DNA of 64,000 nt, taken from NCBI GenBank assembly GCA_965208675.1, contig OZ242351.1, positions 4,576,001 through 4,640,000 of the forward strand, written 5' to 3'. Made by a program: the position numbers and the translations under genes. The notes under the pieces are model-generated. The model was not told the origin of the DNA and searched no databases. It saw only the letters and a list, made by a program, of their open reading frames with translations. Positions 46,767-54,512 of this stretch are shown piece by piece. Numbering within the stretch: position 1 is the stretch's first letter; each line of letters starts with the position of its first letter. This DNA comes from Candidatus Poribacteria bacterium. GTDB taxonomy: Bacteria > Poribacteria > WGA-4E > PCPOR2b.

Positions 46767-49166
46767 ATGCCAATCTTTGAAACTATCGAATCCAACTTTT
46801 GGTTGAGTTTTTTGGTAGACGCCACGCTGAAGAGCGTATTGATTTTGGCTTTTGCGGGCGTATTCGCATTCGTTCTTCGCCATCAATCGGCGGCGTTGCG
46901 AGGTTTGGTTTGGAGCGCGGCTATGGTCGGGTGCCTTATTGTCCTGTTGTGCTCACTCGCGCTTCCGAAGTGGGATGTGGGTGTGCTTCCGGGGGCATCG
47001 GGCGGATATGAAACGGACGTGTTGCTCAAGACCAACCCGCCGACCGCGGCGCCGGTTTCAATCTCAACTCATTCGCCTGCATCAAACGCGGTGCCGCCTA
47101 CGCAAGCTACACCGACGCTGTTTCCACCCCAATTTGCGGCTAGTGAAAGCGACGTTACGCAAGCAAAAATCGTCCGGGATCTTCACTGGACTGATTGGGT
47201 AGCGGCGGGTTGGGCGTTGGCGGCACTATTCCTGATGGTTCGTTTAATTGCCGGTATCTGCGCTGTGCGGCACATCTCGGCTCGCAGCGATGACTTCAAC
47301 GACGCGATTAAGCATTTAAACCTCGATATAAAGCAAAGCTGCCGCGTCCGTCGAAGCGATGCGGTTACAGTGCCGATGATGTGGGGTTTCTTTCGTCCCG
47401 TGATTTTGTTGCCCGCTGATGCTGACGGTTGGGGGCGGCAACGGCTGCGAGCTGTTTTGCTGCACGAAACGGCACACATCCAACGTCGGGATTGGCTAAT
47501 GCAAACAGTTGTACAGTTAACCTGCGCAGTGTATTGGTTTAATCCACTGGTATGGATTGTTGCGCGTCAAATGCGAGCGGAGGCGGAGATAGCATGCGAT
47601 GACCATGTGCTGAATACGGGGTATCGTTCGACCGAATACGCGCAACATCTGATTGAAGTGGTGCGAGACCTCAAAGCATTTGGCGCGGCTTCGCGCACCG
47701 CTGTAGCGATGGCGCGACGGTCGAAGATGGAATGGCGGCTGCGAACGGTTCTCGCCGAGGATCGAAATCGGCAACCGTTGACAATGGCGGCAGTGGTGAT
47801 AGGACTGCTTGCCGTGATTGGTTTCGGTGTGCCGATGGGTGCGATGCGGTTGGCAGAGGCGGTTGACCAAGAAGGCGCATTGTATGTGGAGATTCAGAAC
47901 GAAGCCATCCGAAAACGCAAAGTATATCCGGAGGATTTGTTCGCATTGTTCAAATCGTTTACGGCGGTGGATGCGGGCGGTGAGATTTTCACTAGGATTA
48001 TTTTGAGCGAAGTTGGTCATATTCTCGTGCCGGCAAGGGCGACAGAAGCTGATTTCATTCGCCTGAATATTGTCGATTATCACCCGTTGACAGTAATCGC
48101 CGCCGATGCGGAGAGCGGTTTAGGAGTGGTGCAGGTTAAAGGGCAAAGGTACCTTCAACCTATTGTACTCGGATCTGCCGGAGACCTGCGGGAATACGCG
48201 CCGGTTCCGCTTACCAATCCGACGGTCGGTTACCTGTACCGGAGTATAAGAGCTATCTGCGCGCGCGGCCTCAATCTACCATTTCGACCTCGTCGACAGG
48301 CGGTTGGACACCCCACCGTACAAATTGCTAGCATAATGCAACTCGAAATTGACGACAGCGGTAAAGTGACCACGCTGAAAACGGCATGCCCTGGCCCTTC
48401 GGGAGAAAGGATTAGAGACGATCTAATGATTCGTTACGACAGGCACGACGTGCTTATACATTATGAGGGGCATGGTGAAATCATTAAAGGGGACGCACTT
48501 GTGCATTACGACGGCCGGTTGCTTGCAGTCTCGGTTGAAGATAGTGTGCGGTACGACAAATGGGGACCCAGTGCGGACTTGATACCAATCGACGAGATTC
48601 GAGCAGCACTTGCGCGAATGAATGTCCTCCACCTGATTGAACGCAGGATCGAAAAACCGATGAAGGATTTTGAGTTGATATTTGAGGCGGAGGAGTTTAC
48701 GCGGCAAGATGGGGCTCGACCGAATGAGAGATTGTTCTTGACAGTCGAGGACGCAACGACATCTGATAACGCGTACATTGTTGCGAATAAGGCGTTGGAC
48801 CACCAATACGAAATACCGGATACGTGGCTGACGTATGAGATTGAGATTCCAGCGGATGGCGACTACGCAATCTGGCTATATGGACGGGGGTACACCGGCA
48901 GGAGCGACTCCTTTTTTGTCGGAACAGACCTTGAAACGCCTCGTGCGTGTGATGTGGACAGTTACTTCAAGTGGGGCGCGGCACCGGCAATTCAACGAAT
49001 ATCGGTGCAGACGATACCGGCTTTCTACTTCTCGCAAGGCAAACACGAAATCCGTCTCTATGTCCGGGAGACGGGCACTGAATTGGATGCTATTCTGATT
49101 ACGAATGACTTGAGTTTAGGCGCCGCAGAGATTAACCGAAAGTTTGAGGCGCACAATCGTAGGTGA
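46767..49166 (+). CDS. BlaR1/M56 family metallopeptidase sensor with atypical extracellular domains
   Basis: TM segments; PMMWGFFRPVILLP, LLHETAH (HExxH), YWFNPLVW and EIACDD motifs; C-terminal trypsin-like remnant and CBM-like beta-sandwich. Confidence 0.88.
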   Translation: MPIFETIESNFWLSFLVDATLKSVLILAFAGVFAFVLRHQSAALRGLVWSAAMVGCLIVLLCSLALPKWDVGVLPGASGGYETDVLLKTNPPTAAPVSISTHSPASNAVPPTQATPTLFPPQFAASESDVTQAKIVRDLHWTDWVAAGWALAALFLMVRLIAGICAVRHISARSDDFNDAIKHLNLDIKQSCRVRRSDAVTVPMMWGFFRPVILLPADADGWGRQRLRAVLLHETAHIQRRDWLMQTVVQLTCAVYWFNPLVWIVARQMRAEAEIACDDHVLNTGYRSTEYAQHLIEVVRDLKAFGAASRTAVAMARRSKMEWRLRTVLAEDRNRQPLTMAAVVIGLLAVIGFGVPMGAMRLAEAVDQEGALYVEIQNEAIRKRKVYPEDLFALFKSFTAVDAGGEIFTRIILSEVGHILVPARATEADFIRLNIVDYHPLTVIAADAESGLGVVQVKGQRYLQPIVLGSAGDLREYAPVPLTNPTVGYLYRSIRAICARGLNLPFRPRRQAVGHPTVQIASIMQLEIDDSGKVTTLKTACPGPSGERIRDDLMIRYDRHDVLIHYEGHGEIIKGDALVHYDGRLLAVSVEDSVRYDKWGPSADLIPIDEIRAALARMNVLHLIERRIEKPMKDFELIFEAEEFTRQDGARPNERLFLTVEDATTSDNAYIVANKALDHQYEIPDTWLTYEIEIPADGDYAIWLYGRGYTGRSDSFFVGTDLETPRACDVDSYFKWGAAPAIQRISVQTIPAFYFSQGKHEIRLYVRETGTELDAILITNDLSLGAAEINRKFEAHNRR

Positions 49167-49427
49167 AAAAACATCTCTGAAGCTCGTGATTGCCGGGGCG
49201 ATTGATGGTTTCTCAAAGGACACGGTCACTGCTGCCTTGGGCACAATGAAAACCTCTAGGTGAAAAGACGGGAGATTAAACACACCGCAAAATTCTCATA
49301 CCGATGTGTAGAAACACTTCTATAACTTTTGGCGGAATTTTTTCTATATTTACAGATGGACGTGAAAAAGTGCTAGAAAAAATCGGAAATCAACGTCTTG
49401 ATTAGTACGAAGGAGGGTCGGCGAACA

Positions 49428-50678
49428 GTGGCAGATGACAAAACACTCATTTTCCGGGCCCGCGCAGGCGATGAACAGGCATTTTCAGACCTAGTGGGGA
49501 GATATCATGCCTTCGTTTATGGAGTTGTCATCGGAATCATTAAGAATGTCAACGACGCCGAGGAGATTGTGCAAGATGTTTTCCTCAACACCTATCGCGG
49601 TTTGCCGCAGCTTGAGGACACGACCAAATTCAAGGGCTGGCTGGCGGAGATTGCTCGCAATTGCGCGCGAGATCAGATGCGAAAACAACGCGTCGACACC
49701 GTGTCAATTGATGAAGTGAGCGAACACGTGCTACAAACCTCGGACTCCTTAGATGCGCGGTTGATACGGGACGAACAGAGAGCACTGATTCGCAGCGCAA
49801 TGGAGTCGCTGTCAGAAAAGGATAAGGAGATTGCTCAAGCCTACTATCTTGATGGCGAGAGTTACGACGAACTAATCCGTACCCACGGATTGTCATACAA
49901 GGCAATCTCGTTTCGACTTTCTCGCGCGAAGCGGAAACTCTCCATACGGTTGCAGTACATACTCACTGGGGTGTTCATCTCTCCCGCAACAACTTTCAAA
50001 CAGTTTTGCACAGGAGGGCTTACGATAATGAAAATCGGAACAATTCCCAAAATCACTGTCAGTGCAGCAGCTATTATTGGGCTCGGTGTCGTCGGGACTC
50101 ACCAGTTCATATTGTCGAAGGAAGATGAGTCTCCATCGGTAGAGATTGTAACATCCACGCCAAATCACTCTATAGACTCAATCCCAAGAACAGATTCCAC
50201 ACCAAAAGTGTTGGTTTCCACTCGAAATGCAAACTCGCAACAAATTTCCGCTGAAGAGATGGAACAGATTGAGAGGTTTTTTTCTCAACTCGGCGCAGCC
50301 GATGCACAAGATATAGAACTACCAGGTGACGATGCAACTCCTTCTGAAGAAGCTATTTCTAAAATCGACATTGAATCAGAACAAGAAATCTCAGAAACCG
50401 ATGCGACCGGGTCTTCAGAACATCAAGAGCGGATCGCCGAAATAAAGCGACGCATTGAGTGGCTTTCTGAACAGATAAAGCTGGTTGAAGAAGAAGAAGA
50501 AACTCTACCGCCGCCTTATCCACCTGGTCAGGAACCAACGGAACAGACACCCGAAGAGATGGAGAGAGACAGAGAAAATGACACTCGCCGTCGGGAACTA
50601 CGATTAGAACGGGCGGAACTTGGCAAAGAAAAATACGAATTGAAGCGGGAGTTGAAGGAATTGCAACAGGAGCATTAG
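49428..50678 (+). CDS. ECF RNA polymerase sigma factor with C-terminal TM segment and acidic/coiled-coil extension
   Basis: GDEQAF, DAEEIVQDVF, FKGWL..IARN, region 4 SYDEL...RLSRAKRKL; hydrophobic ITVSAAAIIGLGVVG; RBS AAGGAGG before GTG 49428. Confidence 0.88.
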   Translation: MADDKTLIFRARAGDEQAFSDLVGRYHAFVYGVVIGIIKNVNDAEEIVQDVFLNTYRGLPQLEDTTKFKGWLAEIARNCARDQMRKQRVDTVSIDEVSEHVLQTSDSLDARLIRDEQRALIRSAMESLSEKDKEIAQAYYLDGESYDELIRTHGLSYKAISFRLSRAKRKLSIRLQYILTGVFISPATTFKQFCTGGLTIMKIGTIPKITVSAAAIIGLGVVGTHQFILSKEDESPSVEIVTSTPNHSIDSIPRTDSTPKVLVSTRNANSQQISAEEMEQIERFFSQLGAADAQDIELPGDDATPSEEAISKIDIESEQEISETDATGSSEHQERIAEIKRRIEWLSEQIKLVEEEEETLPPPYPPGQEPTEQTPEEMERDRENDTRRRELRLERAELGKEKYELKRELKELQQEH

Positions 50679-50715
50679 TTTGTACATTCTAAGTCAAACA
50701 TGGAGGATTATTCCA

Positions 50716-52986
50716 ATGAAGAAAGCAATTGTTTTCAAGCTTAGCTTACTGTTGGTTAGCGCTCTATGTCAAACGAATAGTTTCGCCCAAGATTCTCCGC
50801 AATGGGGGCTGCCCGAGCGTGTTAAAGCGCGCCTCGGAAAAGGTGGGGTATATGAAATACAGTATTCGCCCGACGGCACTCGACTTGCGGTTGCCAGCAC
50901 TATCGGTATTTGGCTCTACGATACGGCGACCCATCAAGAGGTCGCCCTGCTCACCGGGCATACGGGTCCGGTGGAAAGCGTTGCGTACAGTCCCGATGGG
51001 CGCACCATCGCTAGTGTGAGTGGAGACTATACCATTCGTCTGTGGGATGCCGAAACCGGAAAACACCTGCGAACGCTCAAGGGGAATGTGTCTGCGGTCG
51101 CTGGCATAGCGTACAGTCCCGATGGGCGCACCATCGCTAGTGGGGGTGGAGACCGTACCATCCGTCTGTGGGACGCTGAAACAGGAGAACACCTGCGAAC
51201 ACTCAAGGGGAATATTGAGGATGGTTTGTCTGTTTGGGCCACTAGCATAGCGTACAGTCCCGATGGACGCACAATCGCCAGCGGGACATTTGATCCCGAC
51301 TTTGATAATGATATTCTCAACAATGCAAATTTCATCCGTCTGTGGGACGCCGAAACGGGAGAATACCTGCGAACACTTAAGGGACATAAGGACCGGGTCG
51401 AGAGTGTTGTGTTCAGTCCTGATGGTCACACCCTCGCCAGTGGGAGTTGGGACAATACCATCCGTCTGTGGAACGCCCATACAGGAAGACGCCAACGAAC
51501 GCTAAGGGGGCATACGTCTAAGATCAGAAGTGTTACGTACAGTCCCGATGGACGTACCATCGCCAGCGGGAGTTTTAACGGTACCATCCGTCTGTGGAAC
51601 GCCCATACAGAAAGACACCAACGAACGCTCGTCGGGCATACATTTGGGGTCATTAGCGTAGCGTTTAGTCCCGATGGACGCAGTATCGCTAGTGGAAGTT
51701 CGGACAATACCATCCGTCTGTGGAACGCCCATACGGGAAAACACCTACGGACGCTCAAGGGGTATACATCTAGGGTCGAAAGCGTAGCGTTCAGTCCCGA
51801 TGGCGACACCCTCGCCAGTGGGGGTTGGGATGCTACCGTCCGACTTTGGGACACCGATACCGGAAACCACTTGCGAACACTCGTCGGGCATACATTTGCG
51901 GTCAATAGCGTAGCGTTTAGTCCCGATGGCAGCACTGTCGCTAGTGCGAGTAATGACAATACCATCCGTCTGTGGAACGCCCATACAGGAAGACGCCAAC
52001 GAACGCTAAGGGGGCATACATCTGGGGTCGAGAGCGTAGCGTTCAGTCCCGATGGCGACACCCTCGCCAGTGGGAGCCGGGACACTACCGTCCGTCTGTG
52101 GGACATCCATAGGGGAAGACATCTGCGAACGCTCAAGGGGCATACACTTGCGGTCAATAGCGTAGCGTACAGTCCCGATGGCGGTACCATTGCTAGCGGG
52201 AGTGAGGATAAGACCATCTGTCTATGGGACGCTGATGCCGGAAAACGCCTGCGAACGTTCAAGGGACATACTTCGGTCAATAGCGTAGTGTTCAGTCTCG
52301 ATGGACGCACCATCGCTAGTGGAGGTCTGAGTCTGGACGCCAACATCCCGTCTAACATGCGTCTGTGGGACGTCGATACGGGAGAACAACTGCAAACGCG
52401 CCAGGCACACGCTAATGTGGTCAATAGCGTAGCGTTCAGTCCCAATGGACGCATCGCAAGTGGGGGTTGGAGGAGAATCATCCGATTGTGGGACGCCGAT
52501 ACGGTATTACGCCTGCAAACGCTCAACGGGCATACGGGTAGCGTCCAGAGCGTAGCGTTCAGTCCCGATGATGGCCGTATCCTCGCTAGTGGGAGTGCGG
52601 ACGGTACCGTGTTGCTGTGGGAACTTTGGTCGTCGACAGCATTTGGGGTGAAACCGTTGGCAAGACACTTGACGACGACACTGGGCAACATCAAACGGAC
52701 AGCGTTGCTACAAAATTATCCGAATCCGTTCAACCCTGAAACTTGGATACCGTATCAGTTGGCAGACGATGCGCACGTGACCTTGCGCATCTATGACCAG
52801 AGCGGCCGTATCGTTCGCACACTCGACGTTGGACCTCAAAAATCGGGCGTCTATCAAGACGTAGCTAACGCCGTGTATTGGGACGGTCGGAATCAAGACG
52901 GAGAACGTGTCACAAGCGGCACCTATTTCTACCAATTCCGTGCGGGCGATTACACCGCGTTACGGCAGATGGTAATACTCAAATAG
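50716..52986 (+). CDS. Secreted WD40 repeat protein (14 repeats) with FlgD-Ig/T9SS-type-A-like C-terminal domain
   Basis: Signal peptide; WGLPE..KARLGKG; 14 SPDG-type GH...WD repeats; LLQNYPNPFNPETWIPYQL...YWDGRN..GE.V.SG.YFY. Confidence 0.92.
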   Translation: MKKAIVFKLSLLLVSALCQTNSFAQDSPQWGLPERVKARLGKGGVYEIQYSPDGTRLAVASTIGIWLYDTATHQEVALLTGHTGPVESVAYSPDGRTIASVSGDYTIRLWDAETGKHLRTLKGNVSAVAGIAYSPDGRTIASGGGDRTIRLWDAETGEHLRTLKGNIEDGLSVWATSIAYSPDGRTIASGTFDPDFDNDILNNANFIRLWDAETGEYLRTLKGHKDRVESVVFSPDGHTLASGSWDNTIRLWNAHTGRRQRTLRGHTSKIRSVTYSPDGRTIASGSFNGTIRLWNAHTERHQRTLVGHTFGVISVAFSPDGRSIASGSSDNTIRLWNAHTGKHLRTLKGYTSRVESVAFSPDGDTLASGGWDATVRLWDTDTGNHLRTLVGHTFAVNSVAFSPDGSTVASASNDNTIRLWNAHTGRRQRTLRGHTSGVESVAFSPDGDTLASGSRDTTVRLWDIHRGRHLRTLKGHTLAVNSVAYSPDGGTIASGSEDKTICLWDADAGKRLRTFKGHTSVNSVVFSLDGRTIASGGLSLDANIPSNMRLWDVDTGEQLQTRQAHANVVNSVAFSPNGRIASGGWRRIIRLWDADTVLRLQTLNGHTGSVQSVAFSPDDGRILASGSADGTVLLWELWSSTAFGVKPLARHLTTTLGNIKRTALLQNYPNPFNPETWIPYQLADDAHVTLRIYDQSGRIVRTLDVGPQKSGVYQDVANAVYWDGRNQDGERVTSGTYFYQFRAGDYTALRQMVILK

Positions 52987-53017
52987 TATCAATTTACCAG
53001 ATGGTGTTCAGGGCTAG

Positions 53018-53794
53018 TCAATAAACACGAGTGTTCCTAAACACTTGAAAGTTATCAAATTTCGCGCCTCTGTACGATGCTCCACTTTTTATTGTCCAGA
53101 CACCCGCTTGACCGCTTTGATAGCGCTCCGGGGCGTGGTCTGAGGCTTCCAACAACCATGTTCCCGGTTCTGTTTCACCCTTGGGCCACACCTTTCCTCT
53201 CAGATAGGTGTAGGTGTCATGGGACGTTACCTCGAGCTGAAAAACGTACCATCGGCTATCTTTGAGATGAAGGGTTTTTTCGTTCAAGTAGATATTACCA
53301 TGCTTTCCTTGACCAATGGGCACGCGTTTGGCAATCTGAAGCTTTCTGTGGAAATCGGACGTTCGGAGCCTGTAATTCTCCAGAGCGGAGTTCCAATAGG
53401 CAAACACTCCCGCATCGCCGCTATGCTCAATCCGGAGTTCCACCTGAACGACGTAGCTCGACCAATCCTTTTGCCCAACTAGTGCAGCGCTGTTTGGGGC
53501 GTTTCTATCCGCCTGTTCCAACACACGGCTGCCCAAGGTAGATATAACCCATCTCCCGCCGGAAGGGAAAATCCATTCCTTCTGCTCCTCCATTTGTGTT
53601 CGGTTCTCAAAGTTATCCTCAAACAGCGTTTCGCGCCGGACGTCGCGTAGTTGAGACAACCTCTGCTCGAGTGTGTCGAATCTCGCGCTCATCATCAGAT
53701 AAGCGAGAACGCCCACAATTCCGAGAATCGTTAAAACGACGATAAATTTTACATATTTGGCTAAAAGTTTTACGAACATAATCGTTTTTCTCAT
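53018..53794 (-). CDS. Membrane-anchored DUF1080-like (ConA-like) domain protein
   Basis: N-terminal TM helix; LFEDNFE, WSSY, KVWPKGETEP.TW and FDNFQV motifs. Confidence 0.65.
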   Translation of the reverse strand: MRKTIMFVKLLAKYVKFIVVLTILGIVGVLAYLMMSARFDTLEQRLSQLRDVRRETLFEDNFENRTQMEEQKEWIFPSGGRWVISTLGSRVLEQADRNAPNSAALVGQKDWSSYVVQVELRIEHSGDAGVFAYWNSALENYRLRTSDFHRKLQIAKRVPIGQGKHGNIYLNEKTLHLKDSRWYVFQLEVTSHDTYTYLRGKVWPKGETEPGTWLLEASDHAPERYQSGQAGVWTIKSGASYRGAKFDNFQVFRNTRVY

Positions 53795-54512
53795 TTGGGT
53801 TTGCGCATCATGCCAGCCGCCGGCATGCCTGAAGGCATGAGAGAACAAACGGGCACTGTACCGCTCATCGACGCAGCAAGGGCGTCGTCATCGCCGCCTT
53901 TAATGTCCAAGGTTACTATGCACCATATTTTAAGTCAAGGAAAAATTAATGAATCGTAGCTAGTGTTTAAACTAGCTTAGCACATTTTATCGTTGCGGAG
54001 TTGGTATCGTTTACCGTTAAAAATAAGGCCGCGTCACGTCATGTTTCTACTAGTTTTAGCTATGGTGACCGCTCGCCGCTTATTTCGTTTAAAAACCACA
54101 CTTGACATTGGGAGTTTTATATTTTGTGCTTTTCAATGGCAGAAGTTACTTCTGAAATAGACCGACGTATTCGACACAAATCTTGAACGATTTTTGAGTA
54201 GTAATCAGTGTAGGCGCGATTTGCCTTTGACGGTATAAACCCTAGGATACTCCGAAACTCGCTAGAATCCCCGCCGATTTTCGTTGAAGGACGCCGTAAT
54301 TTGGGGTAAGATTGCTACAATATGTTGAACAGATGCATTCCTGTTTTTTGCGGTGCGTTTTTAACTTACGGATGCAAGTTGACGGGATAATCGGCTAAAT
54401 TCGGCTACCCTAGCTCGCATAGTCAAAAACACGCCGAATTTCGTTCCAGGTGCGCGGCAGGCATTAAATAATCGCAAAGCAGAATATTCTAGGCTTCGCC
54501 TCGGAGAATCAA

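Noticed and set aside
49170-49280. Glycine riboswitch-like fragment (AACCTCTAGGTGAAAAGAC)
   Set aside because: Lacks the GGAGA and CCGAAG core elements, and the downstream gene is unrelated to glycine.
50950-52620. Regular 126 bp periodicity as a possible CRISPR array
   Set aside because: The units are in-frame coding WD40 repeats with no unique spacers, and no cas genes are present.
51426-52694. 422 aa minus-strand ORF (and 50764..51495)
   Set aside because: Antisense shadow of the periodic WD40 repeats, with no independent protein features.
39312-53864. 13 nt inverted match GCGGTACAGTGCC (about 39312) / GGCACTGTACCGC (about 53852)
   Set aside because: A match this short is expected by chance in a window of this size, and the sigma54 -12 TTGC element is absent.
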